Shown here: in pieces, positions 19,374-27,930 of the stretch | Layout: each line of letters opens with the position of its first letter | Position numbering within the stretch: position 1 is the stretch's first letter | Position numbers and translations under genes: made by a program | The notes under the pieces: generated by a model | The model's database searches: none | What the model saw: the letters and a program-made list of their open reading frames with translations, nothing else | Told to the model about the DNA's origin: nothing | Origin: Candidatus Hermodarchaeota archaeon | Lineage (GTDB): Archaea > Asgardarchaeota > Thorarchaeia > Thorarchaeales > Thorarchaeaceae | Direction of reading: 5' to 3' | Assembly: GCA_048885865.1 (NCBI GenBank) | Contig: JBHLLF010000013.1 | Span: 14,607-78,606 of the forward strand | Length of the DNA stretch: 64,000 nucleotides

Positions 19374-20544
19374 TCCTTTTTCTGCGCCTCTGGCGTATCT
19401 GCTCAATTCTGCTTACGAAATCAATCCTTGCTATTCTCTCAGCCATTATTGGCGAGATTACGAGAAGCACAACAGAAAAGGACCATATCACCGATAAGTC
19501 TACCATGATGTGTGTATAGGTCCCCTGCACAAACATCTCTATTGCTGTGCGGTAAACATTGGAAAACGGGGCGTACTCGTTGAGCATTCCAAATCCCATT
19601 CCAACCAGTGATAGTGGGGCGATACCGCCGCCTACTATCCAATAGAATAGAGCGCCCAAAGCACAGAGTGGCACAACATAAACAGAATTTCTTGCCAGTG
19701 CTCCGATAATCACGCCCAGTCCTGCTGAGTATAGAGCAAGGGGTAGTGTCAGTGCAAAGAACGTCAGTACATCTCCCTGTGGCCAGAGTCCATAGAAACC
19801 CCATCCCATAAGCAGTACCGCTGGGACAGAGATATAGCTCAGAATGACTCCACTAAGCATCTTCCCCATGAAAATTGCATGAGCTGATTGATTGGACATC
19901 AATAGCTCATCCAGGGTGTCTTGTTCGAACTCATGCGTTGTTGCGGAGGCTGACAGAAATAGCCCGCCAAAAGAAACACCAAAGATTATGACAGTCCAAG
20001 CCATGTAGGCCAATCTTGGAGGAGTAAACTCGCTCAGTAACTCGACTTCGAAGTTGGCAACTGCTGCATCAGGCAGGTAAGTCTGGTAAAAGATGTCTAG
20101 TTTGCGTATCACAGGCATTCGCAGATTCTTTGTCATGTCCTCGTGTGCATTATTGACCTGAATGTGAATGCTGGTGGAAACATTGTTCATGATTGCTTGC
20201 TCGAACCCATCAGGAATTATAATGACAATGAGGATTTCACCGTTCTCAAACAGAACTTCCGCGGTTTCCGCATTCATTTCAATGAGCTTCAGGCTTGGCG
20301 GAATTGGATCGTGCTCTCCGAGTATCTGCACCAGTCCATTGGTATAAACGCCAGGATTCTGCTCCTCTATGACGAGAGCCGTTTCAACACCGGGGCCCGC
20401 ATAAACACCCCCCATGAGGAGCACAAAGGCAGAATAATAGAGAAGAGGAAACAAGACGACGAAGCCAAGCCGCCTTTTATTGCGGAGCCACACCTTCAGC
20501 TCCTTTATGACCCCGGCACGAAAGATTCTCAGGAAGCCGCTCAC
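19360..20544 (-). CDS. ABC-2 type exporter permease
   Basis: IIIPDGF extracellular domain, EFEQDTLDELL; six-TM layout. Confidence 0.9.
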   Translation of the reverse strand: MSGFLRIFRAGVIKELKVWLRNKRRLGFVVLFPLLYYSAFVLLMGGVYAGPGVETALVIEEQNPGVYTNGLVQILGEHDPIPPSLKLIEMNAETAEVLFENGEILIVIIIPDGFEQAIMNNVSTSIHIQVNNAHEDMTKNLRMPVIRKLDIFYQTYLPDAAVANFEVELLSEFTPPRLAYMAWTVIIFGVSFGGLFLSASATTHEFEQDTLDELLMSNQSAHAIFMGKMLSGVILSYISVPAVLLMGWGFYGLWPQGDVLTFFALTLPLALYSAGLGVIIGALARNSVYVVPLCALGALFYWIVGGGIAPLSLVGMGFGMLNEYAPFSNVYRTAIEMFVQGTYTHIMVDLSVIWSFSVVLLVISPIMAERIARIDFVSRIEQIRQRRRKRTSLS

Positions 20545-21674
20545 GCACGCTCAACCTCCCGTTTCATCAGTTGCGCGGCGACCATTGACAGCACAATCCA
20601 GACTGACAATAGGGCTACAAATCCAGGTAGTAGGCCAGATATCGTGTCTAGAAAGAAGACCCGAGTCCACATGCCGATGGAATGAGTCGTTGGTAGTAGC
20701 AAAGCGAGCGCTCTCAGCTCTGCTGGCATGAGGCCAATTGGGGCAAGGCCACCACCTGCTAAGAAGCCAAACACGGCAAAGAGGACCGAGAAAAGAATAG
20801 CCTGTTCCCTCTGTTTTGTACGGATGCCAATCAGTTCTCCTACAGGTGCCAATGCCAGAAGAGTGAGAAGCAAGATCAGTCCAAGCACAAACACATTTCC
20901 GACTGGTAGGGTGCCCGTACCCAACAAGAGTATAGGGATTGTGATGATCATTACTGCTAGAGAACGAGGAATTGCTGCAATGGTATGTCCAATAATTATG
21001 GACATTCTGCTGGCTGGCGAGTTCATTGTGTCATAAATGGCCTGTGTTTCGAAGTCAGCAGCGGTAGCCATTGCTTGACCTGCAACAGCGCAGACGATCA
21101 TGGACAGAATGATGCCTACTGCGTACATGTACGCGGTATTTGATGGGGTTTCTGTGTGATTCAGGGTTTCCTCTAGGGCAACTCGTGCATCTGACTGATT
21201 GAACTCTGGATACACCGCCAGCTGGTTGTAGAGAAGCACACCTGCTTCTATCCTATGGACATAGTTCTTCACGATGTCGTCATTTAGATTGACAATGTAA
21301 ATCACAATGGTGGCTTTGACTCCAGATGTGACATTGGCACCAAAACCTTCTGGTATGAGGATATAGGCTATCAGGCTGCCACTCCGAAACAGTTGTGATG
21401 CAGATTCTGAATCGTATCTTGTCATCTTGAACCAGGGGAAATCCGTTGTGGAAACCATGTTCTCTAGAATCTCAGCCATTTCATCAGCCTGAGATGATTG
21501 ATCCTCCACCACAAGACCGCAGACAAAAGACTCACCGCCCCCAACCTGCGCCCACATGATTGTATACACGAACGCCAATACAAACGGGACGATTAGACTT
21601 GGAGCAATGAAACGGGGATCACGCTTAGCCTGCTTAAGGTCCTTCTTTGCCACTGCAAGTATCTCACGTAGCAT
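20541..21674 (-). CDS. ABC-2 type exporter permease
   Basis: KKDLKQAKRD, LIPEGF, LPTTH; 4-bp overlap with the next gene. Confidence 0.9.
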   Translation of the reverse strand: MLREILAVAKKDLKQAKRDPRFIAPSLIVPFVLAFVYTIMWAQVGGGESFVCGLVVEDQSSQADEMAEILENMVSTTDFPWFKMTRYDSESASQLFRSGSLIAYILIPEGFGANVTSGVKATIVIYIVNLNDDIVKNYVHRIEAGVLLYNQLAVYPEFNQSDARVALEETLNHTETPSNTAYMYAVGIILSMIVCAVAGQAMATAADFETQAIYDTMNSPASRMSIIIGHTIAAIPRSLAVMIITIPILLLGTGTLPVGNVFVLGLILLLTLLALAPVGELIGIRTKQREQAILFSVLFAVFGFLAGGGLAPIGLMPAELRALALLLPTTHSIGMWTRVFFLDTISGLLPGFVALLSVWIVLSMVAAQLMKREVERA

Positions 21675-21676
21675 GC

Positions 21677-22651
21677 CTAGTCCCTCAGCGTTGACCCTGT
21701 GATAGTGAGGAAGACATCCCCCAGAGATGGTTCTCTTAGCGCAGCCTGTTTAACCTTCAGGCCTAGCTCTGTCAGTTTCTCAATGACGCGTGGAAGGTCA
21801 GCGTGACCAACCTGACTCTTAATCCATGCAGTCCTCGGACCGCTGTCTAGAGGCTTGCTTAGTTTCTCAGCTTCCATTCCCAGCTGCTCACCAAGCCAAG
21901 CTGCATCACTATCTGGTTCTAGACCTTCCAGCAAGACCTCAATCAGATAGTTGCCCACATGTTTGCGCTTCAGCTGATCAGGTGTCCCCTCTGCAACTAG
22001 TTTCCCATTGTCAATTACAATGACTCGGTCTGCTAGCGCTTCGGCCTCGTCCATATAGTTGGTGCAGAAGAGGACAGTTAGACCCTCATCACGCATCCTT
22101 CTGACCTGATTCCAAATCAGATTCCGACTGTGCACATCTACCCCAAGTGACATCTCATCGAGTATCAATAACTCTGAGTCATGAAGAATTGTACGAACAA
22201 GTGCAAGTCTGCGCTTCATGCCTCCCGAGTACGTCTTAATGCGGTCGTTCTTTCTATGAGTCAAACCGGCAAGATCAAGCATCTTGGCCACACGATCAGA
22301 CACCTCTTCCTTGGGAACGCCATAAAGGTCTGCATGATACTCTAGGGCTTCTTGAGCAGTAAGGTCCTGATAGAGAGATGTTTCTTGCGGCATGAAACCA
22401 ATACGCCTTCTGACTTCAGTAAGATTCGCTGAAACCTCGAATCCAGCAACCTTGATGCTACCTGATGTTGGACGTAAGATTCCCGTGATCATCTTCACGG
22501 TCGTAGATTTTCCTGCACCATTGGGGCCCAGTAGACCTACCACCTCTCCACGCTCGACTGAGAACGAGAGGCTATCCAGGGCTTTGGTATCTCCGCTGTA
22601 GACATGGGAGAGGTCCGAGATTTCTATCATCAGATCCAGACTAACCACCAT
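21677..22651 (-). CDS. ABC exporter ATP-binding subunit (DrrA-like)
   Basis: GPNGAGKST, YSGGMKRR, LILDE; the ORF-track start at 22837 overlaps the divergent gene, so the start is more likely 22651 or 22630. Confidence 0.92.
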   Translation of the reverse strand: MVVSLDLMIEISDLSHVYSGDTKALDSLSFSVERGEVVGLLGPNGAGKSTTVKMITGILRPTSGSIKVAGFEVSANLTEVRRRIGFMPQETSLYQDLTAQEALEYHADLYGVPKEEVSDRVAKMLDLAGLTHRKNDRIKTYSGGMKRRLALVRTILHDSELLILDEMSLGVDVHSRNLIWNQVRRMRDEGLTVLFCTNYMDEAEALADRVIVIDNGKLVAEGTPDQLKRKHVGNYLIEVLLEGLEPDSDAAWLGEQLGMEAEKLSKPLDSGPRTAWIKSQVGHADLPRVIEKLTELGLKVKQAALREPSLGDVFLTITGSTLRD

Positions 22652-22684
22652 TTGATACATGTAGTCACAACGATATGAAATTCG

Positions 22685-22703
22685 TGTCACCAGAGGAGTT
22701 ACA
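22685..22703. promoter_or_regulatory. Operator-like inverted repeat TGTCAC-N7-GTTACA
   Basis: Lies in the divergent intergenic region; near-identical copy at 23040-23058. Confidence 0.6.
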
Positions 22704-22750
22704 GCGAGTGATTCATATCTAGCGCCTGTAATCCTTCTCAGGATGTAAGA

Positions 22751-23032
22751 TTGAATCTGCAATTTCTCCTTCAGCCTAGAGTATGGGCGGTCCTGAAAGA
22801 ACTGAACTGGGGAGACCGGTTCGAAAGTGATCTTCAAGGGAAGATAGATCAGCTAACTGGAGGGCCCGATAACCTAGCGGAAATAAAGGACCGACTTCTT
22901 GAGATGGGTCTAATCTATCAATTGAAGGGAGGAAAGGGTAGTCCGTATCTTGCATTGACCTACAAAGGTCAGGAGATTGTAGGTCGTCTCATGGAAACTG
23001 AAGAGATTCTTGATTCAGACAATGAATCATAG
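22751..23032 (+). CDS. Small winged-helix protein
   Basis: RLLEMGLIYQ...LALTYKGQEIV wing/helix signature. Confidence 0.6.
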   Translation: MNLQFLLQPRVWAVLKELNWGDRFESDLQGKIDQLTGGPDNLAEIKDRLLEMGLIYQLKGGKGSPYLALTYKGQEIVGRLMETEEILDSDNES

Positions 23033-23039
23033 ATGCCAC

Positions 23040-23058
23040 TGTCACCTCAAAAGTGACA
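23040..23058. promoter_or_regulatory. Operator-like inverted repeat TGTCAC-N7-GTGACA
   Basis: Perfect 6-bp arms just upstream of the TrmB-family gene. Confidence 0.6.
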
Positions 23059-23091
23059 AGGGATTGAAAAGATTTTGATCTACTAGATTGC

Positions 23092-23931
23092 ATGGGTGCA
23101 ATGTTGTCAGGTGATGCAATCGTATCCGATATGATGAGTCTTGGCTTACATCTCAATGAAGCAAAGGCATACAAAGCTCTCGTCGCATTGGGGCAAGGAA
23201 CAGCTAGAAAGGTTGCGGACCTCTCAGGAGTCCCTCGGAGCAAGGTGTATGATGTCTTGTATTCCCTCGAAGATCGAGGCCTAGTTCGAAAGGTCTTGGG
23301 GAGTGACCCCACTGAGTTTAGAGCTTATCCTCCTAGAGAGGCAATTCCATTTCTTCTGGAGAAGATACAACAATCTGGTGTGGCCGTCCAAACTGCTCTA
23401 GAGAAGTTGGAGAATGAAAGAGAGCTGGAGAAAAGAGAGTATGTCTACACTGTAGAGGGTGAAGACCAAATCAAAATGGAATTGCGAGGGATAATTAATG
23501 GTGCCAAGAATGAAGTCTTCATAGCTACATTGGACCCCAAAGTCTTGAGCGCAGCACGACCTTCGCTAGCCAATGCAAAAAAACGAGGTGTTGACATAAA
23601 GCTGGTCACATCAAAATCATTCATGGATGAATGGCCCGAATTCGCACATTACGCGAGCATGATGGATGTCGGTGGGTTGAGTCCTCCAGATTTGGCTGAA
23701 CAGCTGAGCAAAGTAGTACAGGACAGCTCCATCCTTGAAGCATGGAATCCAACTCAAATGGGAATCATCATTGCTGATAACACTGATAGTATTGGAATGT
23801 TTGGAAGCCATCCGGACCAGGCTAAACCCTGGGCGCTAATAGTGAGGGTTCCTCTAATTGCAATTCTACAACGCCAAGTAATATCTGCAGTCTTATCACA
23901 AGTGCTTCGTGTTATCGAGAGCGGATGCTAG
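23092..23931 (+). CDS. TrmB-family transcriptional regulator
   Basis: LGLHLNEAKAY..L...TARKVADLSGVPRSKVYDVLYSLEDRGLV; PLD-like effector domain. Confidence 0.92.
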   Translation: MGAMLSGDAIVSDMMSLGLHLNEAKAYKALVALGQGTARKVADLSGVPRSKVYDVLYSLEDRGLVRKVLGSDPTEFRAYPPREAIPFLLEKIQQSGVAVQTALEKLENERELEKREYVYTVEGEDQIKMELRGIINGAKNEVFIATLDPKVLSAARPSLANAKKRGVDIKLVTSKSFMDEWPEFAHYASMMDVGGLSPPDLAEQLSKVVQDSSILEAWNPTQMGIIIADNTDSIGMFGSHPDQAKPWALIVRVPLIAILQRQVISAVLSQVLRVIESGC

Positions 23932-24023
23932 AAAACCCCCCTCCTAGGATAACCTATCCTAGAACATGCATGAGATTAGATTGATAACTAGGAGGTGTTG
24001 ATGAGTTCAGAGGAGGATGCGCA

Positions 24024-24833
24024 ATGAAAAAGCCCCTTCTGAAGTTCATAGTATGTCCAAAGTGCCACAAAGATCTCTTCATCACTGAAAATGAATCAGA
24101 TGACGAGATAGAAAGTACAACCTTAGCATGTGAAAAGGGGCACATCTGGAAGGTCGAGAATGGCATTCCATCGCTGGTATATCCAGCCATAACCAAGGAA
24201 GACGCAAAGTGGATTGCAGAGTATGACGAGATGGCTGAGAATTATGATGATATTGTCAAGCAGTACGACGATTGGCTTGGCATTGAACTAATGAAGGAGC
24301 GAGAGAAGCTTGCACAGTTCATTCCTAGTGAGGGGCCCGTCAAGATGCTTGATGTGAGCGTTGGAACTGCAGCCAATTTTGTAGCTCTGCATAATGCATT
24401 CAATGCCAAGGAGATGGGCCGCCTCAATCTCCATGGACTAGATCTATCACAGGGAATGCTCAATGTTTCGAGAAGGAAGATGATGGCAATTGGGCTTGAT
24501 GTAAGTCTTGTCCATGGAAGCGTCTTTAACATACCCTATAAGGACAAGTCTTTCGATATCGTCAACCATAGCGGCGGGATTAACACATTCTCTGATATTC
24601 CAAAAGCATTCGATGAGATGCTGAGAGTGGCAGCACCAGGGGGGATAGTGATTGTAAATGACGAGGGGCTTTCACCAGATATGAGGGAGTCTGAGAAGGG
24701 AAAAGCCATTATGAAATCAAACAGCCTCTTTGCGGCTAGACCCCCGCTCGAGCATATACCAGATAAGGCGAAAGATGTCGAGATCGACTATATCATGAAC
24801 GGGACATTCTATCAGATTGTCTTCAGGAAATGA
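24024..24833 (+). CDS. Trm112-like domain fused to a class I SAM methyltransferase
   Basis: IVCPKCH...LACEKGHIWKVENGIPSL; LDVSVGTA, GLDLSQGML, EMLRVAAPGG. Confidence 0.85.
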   Translation: MKKPLLKFIVCPKCHKDLFITENESDDEIESTTLACEKGHIWKVENGIPSLVYPAITKEDAKWIAEYDEMAENYDDIVKQYDDWLGIELMKEREKLAQFIPSEGPVKMLDVSVGTAANFVALHNAFNAKEMGRLNLHGLDLSQGMLNVSRRKMMAIGLDVSLVHGSVFNIPYKDKSFDIVNHSGGINTFSDIPKAFDEMLRVAAPGGIVIVNDEGLSPDMRESEKGKAIMKSNSLFAARPPLEHIPDKAKDVEIDYIMNGTFYQIVFRK

Positions 24834-24887
24834 GGGATATCTTGGAAAACGAGTATAGGAACGAAGCCGATGAAGTGAGTCAAGCAC

Positions 24888-25010
24888 TCAGGTGGCTTCC
24901 CACATGAGCACTTCCTCACGTGTCAGTCGACGAGTCTTGGCGCTTTCGTCGGGTGAACTGTACTTCTTTGGGCGGATTCGCTTGGTCCCATTCCTATGAG
25001 CCATGGTCAT
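24888..25010 (-). CDS. Small peptide sORF4, 40 aa (MTMAHRNGTKRIRPKKYSSPDESAKTRRLTREEVLMWEAT)
   Basis: ATG abuts the sORF3 stop (TAG ATG); hairpin TGAGT-N5-ACTCA overlaps the stop. Confidence 0.5.
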   Translation of the reverse strand: MTMAHRNGTKRIRPKKYSSPDESAKTRRLTREEVLMWEAT

Positions 25011-25100
25011 CTACCTGTACAGATATGCATGGGCGATAGCCCTTGTTGAGATCTTCTTTCGAAGCCTCTTCTTCTTGGTGATTCTCTCTGTTAGAGCCAT
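25011..25100 (-). CDS. Small basic peptide sORF3, 29 aa (MALTERITKKKRLRKKISTRAIAHAYLYR)
   Basis: AGGAGGT SD at the end of sORF2; C-terminus similar to sORF2. Confidence 0.65.
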   Translation of the reverse strand: MALTERITKKKRLRKKISTRAIAHAYLYR

Positions 25101-25107
25101 TTTTCGA

Positions 25108-25218
25108 TTACCTCCTATATGTGTAGGCAAATCCGATGGCTTGGGTCGACTTGACCTGTACCATCATCTTGTTCATCTTCACAGACTTGTTCTTCGTGTT
25201 CTTAGCCACAGCCAACAT
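25108..25218 (-). CDS. Small basic peptide sORF2, 36 aa (MLAVAKNTKNKSVKMNKMMVQVKSTQAIGFAYTYRR)
   Basis: GGAGGT SD at the end of sORF1; C-terminus similar to sORF3. Confidence 0.65.
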   Translation of the reverse strand: MLAVAKNTKNKSVKMNKMMVQVKSTQAIGFAYTYRR

Positions 25219-25221
25219 CTG

Positions 25222-25311
25222 TTACCTCCAGGCACAGTAGTCGTAGTATAGCGACTCATGGGTGTCAGGTCCGTGACCAGAGCACTCGTATTCAGTAGCA
25301 TCATGAGTCAT
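25222..25311 (-). CDS. Small acidic His/Cys/Tyr-rich peptide sORF1, 29 aa (MTHDATEYECSGHGPDTHESLYYDYCAWR)
   Basis: First ATG after the TATA box at 25346-25353; its stop overlaps the SD of sORF2. Confidence 0.5.
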   Translation of the reverse strand: MTHDATEYECSGHGPDTHESLYYDYCAWR

Positions 25312-25345
25312 TGGTTTAGCACCAAACTATTAGACACACCATTTC

Positions 25346-25369
25346 TATATAAACGTTTGGTCACCAAAC
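25346..25369 (-). promoter_or_regulatory. TATA box (TTTATATA) with adjacent palindrome GTTTGGT-C-ACCAAAC
   Basis: TATA at 25346-25353; perfect 7-bp inverted repeat at 25355-25369 over the BRE position; related site GTTTAGCACCAAAC at 25314-25327. Confidence 0.7.
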
Positions 25370-25564
25370 CATTCGGTTTTGTGCGGTTAATACGACACGC
25401 TATTTTTTGAGCATAATAGTACAAATCAGATGTCTGACAAACTATCTAACGCAATATGGTTCCAACATCAAAACGTTTTTATCTACTCCTGTGCCTAAAT
25501 TAGCTACAGTTCTGCATTAAATGCAGGGGATTCAGACATAAGCAAAACGAATTCGGGTGATACA

Positions 25565-26317
25565 TTGACGACTGACGAGATTACTGATGACTTAGCAGGG
25601 ATTGAACCCCCTGAAGAAACTGGTAAGTTTCCAGAACCCATGAAAGAGATTGTTTTTGTAAATGATCCCGAGAAAGCTACAATACTTGATGAACAAGTAA
25701 GGTACATGATAATTCAGGTACTCAGGCGGGGCGTTGATGATACTTCTACTACGCGGGACGTTGACAGTACGACAGGCGAACGTATTATCCGTCAACGAGA
25801 TGTAAAGAGATATGCTATGTCAGTAGTAGAGATTGTCAAGTATTCTGAAACCTATGATGACATTGACAATATAACAAAGAATCAAGTCTACCATCACCTT
25901 CCTAAACTGATTGAGGGAGGTTATGTTGTCAAATTTGGCACCGTGACAACTGGAAAAAGAACGACGGACTACTATAGGCGCACGGCCAAAGGATTCGTCC
26001 TAACAGTTGGTGATTTTGCCGTTGATCAGAAGCTGATAAAGCAGAAGTCTAGCATCTATGTTGAAAAGTTCACGGAAATGTTTGATATTGATTTGACGGA
26101 GAAAGATAAGAAAGAACTCGCAGACCTCATGGTAGAGTCCATGAGAATGGAGCATCAGGGACGTGCTAAGATCGGTCAGCTGGTCAAGGGAGATGTTGCC
26201 GATAAGAAAGTGCTGAGCATGTATGAAGACCTAGTCAAGCTCTATGCCCTAGGCGATGATGAGTGGATTAAGATTCAGAAAAAGATGCGTGAAATCCTAC
26301 TCCCAAAAAGCCTGTAA
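25565..26317 (+). CDS. ArsR-like winged-helix transcriptional regulator
   Basis: GGTGA SD with TTG start; RYMIIQVL, MSVVEI, NQVYHHLPKLIEGGYV, YYRRTAK. Confidence 0.8.
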   Translation: MTTDEITDDLAGIEPPEETGKFPEPMKEIVFVNDPEKATILDEQVRYMIIQVLRRGVDDTSTTRDVDSTTGERIIRQRDVKRYAMSVVEIVKYSETYDDIDNITKNQVYHHLPKLIEGGYVVKFGTVTTGKRTTDYYRRTAKGFVLTVGDFAVDQKLIKQKSSIYVEKFTEMFDIDLTEKDKKELADLMVESMRMEHQGRAKIGQLVKGDVADKKVLSMYEDLVKLYALGDDEWIKIQKKMREILLPKSL

Positions 26318-26331
26318 AAGCTACACACAGT

Positions 26332-26568
26332 CTAATCACAGGTGGCGCAGACGTTGGTCTGAGTCTCTCCAACACCATCGATTTCTCTTAGTTTCTCAAC
26401 GACATACACACTCATGTCATCGTTAGTCTTGAAAGATGCTTTCACGATAATGTCAAAGGCCCCAAAGATGATGTAAGCCTCCTCGGTTCCATCAAGAGCC
26501 ATGATTTCAGCCAGGACTTCTCTGTTAGTCATGCCTTCAACCTTTACCATAATGAACGCCGTGATCAT
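26332..26568 (-). CDS. Stand-alone Lrp/AsnC ligand-binding (RAM) domain protein
   Basis: AFIMVKV...AYIIFGAFDIIVKA...LREIDGVGETQT. Confidence 0.9.
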   Translation of the reverse strand: MITAFIMVKVEGMTNREVLAEIMALDGTEEAYIIFGAFDIIVKASFKTNDDMSVYVVEKLREIDGVGETQTNVCATCD

Positions 26569-26634
26569 TGCGTAGCACCTCTAGAGGAACTAGAAGACAA
26601 ATGGCGAGCTCCTCTTATCCTTTGCGAAACGACA

Positions 26635-27009
26635 TCAAAGTCTACGCATGAACTGGACAGCAGTCTTGGAGAGATCAATAAGTGTCAGCTCAGGAATAGA
26701 ATCATGCGTGGCCCAAGCGATTAGCCAAATGCCTATTTCAACGCGGGACATAAGCAAATGGCCTTGGTCTTGGTCGGCAGTTCCAATGTATGATTCTTGA
26801 TTTGATTTGATCCTGTTGTATTTGACTCCACCAATCTCTACACTCTCTCTTGCTGAAGCAGGCGCATCAGTGAGGGCTGCTGCGGCTGGTACACAGTCCC
26901 AGTTGCTTGTCTGCCAAATAATCTCGCCATTCTTCAGAATGGCAAATGCCTGAATTTTGGGATTGTGCGAGTAAAGCAGATTCCATTCGTTGTCAATAGT
27001 CATATCCAT
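26635..27009 (-). CDS. Asgard profilin-like protein (paralog 2)
   Basis: AFAILKNGEIIWQTSNWD, IGGVKY, GHLL; matches the Asgard profilin pattern and paralog 1. Confidence 0.75.
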   Translation of the reverse strand: MDMTIDNEWNLLYSHNPKIQAFAILKNGEIIWQTSNWDCVPAAAALTDAPASARESVEIGGVKYNRIKSNQESYIGTADQDQGHLLMSRVEIGIWLIAWATHDSIPELTLIDLSKTAVQFMRRL

Positions 27010-27100
27010 TTCACAGTCACCAGAATATCATCATGGCTCGTTAAGAAGTAGTCGTTAGAGGGACATGAGGGGGAAACCCTCAGTCCATCTAGGATTTTAG

Positions 27101-27481
27101 CTAGATTTTACCCTTTAGGGATTTTGCGGCTCGGTCTACGTCGACATAAATGCCGTCTGGAGCTGCTTCTGCTGCGGCCCAGGCAACCACAAACTTCTCA
27201 CCTTCAATCTTGGCTAGAACAAGGGTTCCATTCCCCGCCACATTTCGAGCAACTAGACTGTCCGGTGTGGTTCTTATTGTGGAGTACTTGATTTGATTCT
27301 GTGTAACTGAGGCAGCGCCAGAACTGACTGCTCTTCCAAGCTGAGCTGCGTCAGCCTGTAAATCCCAGTTATTACTCTGCCAGAGAACCTGTCCACTGGC
27401 TGTGATCACTCCAAATGCCTGAACCATGTTCCCACTACTATTATACGCCTGTGTGTATGCATCCATGACTGGATCTGACAT
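27101..27481 (-). CDS. Asgard profilin (paralog 1)
   Basis: AFGVITASGQVLWQSNNWD, QIKYSTIR, VARNVAGNGTL; 126 aa. Confidence 0.85.
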   Translation of the reverse strand: MSDPVMDAYTQAYNSSGNMVQAFGVITASGQVLWQSNNWDLQADAAQLGRAVSSGAASVTQNQIKYSTIRTTPDSLVARNVAGNGTLVLAKIEGEKFVVAWAAAEAAPDGIYVDVDRAAKSLKGKI

Positions 27482-27612
27482 GATCGTTCACCCCGTGTTT
27501 TGCACGGCCTCAAGAAGGATGAGGAAATGATTCCATAAAAAGGAACTCTTGATAGCTCCTTCCCGAAGTAAATGGGTCACACTCATATGGCGAGGTGTTG
27601 CAAGCGTCTTGC

Positions 27613-27930
27613 ATGGATAAGACTGTGATCCGGGAAACAGAAGACGGGGTGTTACTGAGGGTTATTGTTAAACCGAAGTCCACTCTGAAGCGGATATTCT
27701 TCGATGTAAATCAAGACGCTTTGGTTGTCAACTTAAAATCACCAGCCAGAGAAGGAAAGGCCAACGCGGAGCTGCTCAAACGCGTGTCTAAGGTGTTTGG
27801 AATCTCAACTGGAGATATCAAGTTAGTTTCAGGGCAAAAGTCCAGAGAGAAGACATTGCTTATTACCGGATTGGAAATGCAAGCAATCAGAGCGATGGTT
27901 GCTGAGATTGCAGGGGCAGAATCAGAATGA
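27613..27930 (+). CDS. DUF167 / UPF0235 (YggU-like) protein
   Basis: VIVKPKS, SPAREGKANAEL, VSGQKSREK. Confidence 0.9.
   Translation: MDKTVIRETEDGVLLRVIVKPKSTLKRIFFDVNQDALVVNLKSPAREGKANAELLKRVSKVFGISTGDIKLVSGQKSREKTLLITGLEMQAIRAMVAEIAGAESE

Noticed and set aside
25011-25100. sORF3 as ribosomal protein eL41/eS32
   Set aside because: Only basic composition is shared; it lacks the KWRKKR-type motif
25003-25251. 82-aa plus-strand ORF in the track
   Set aside because: No SD or promoter; it is the antisense shadow of the minus-strand peptide operon
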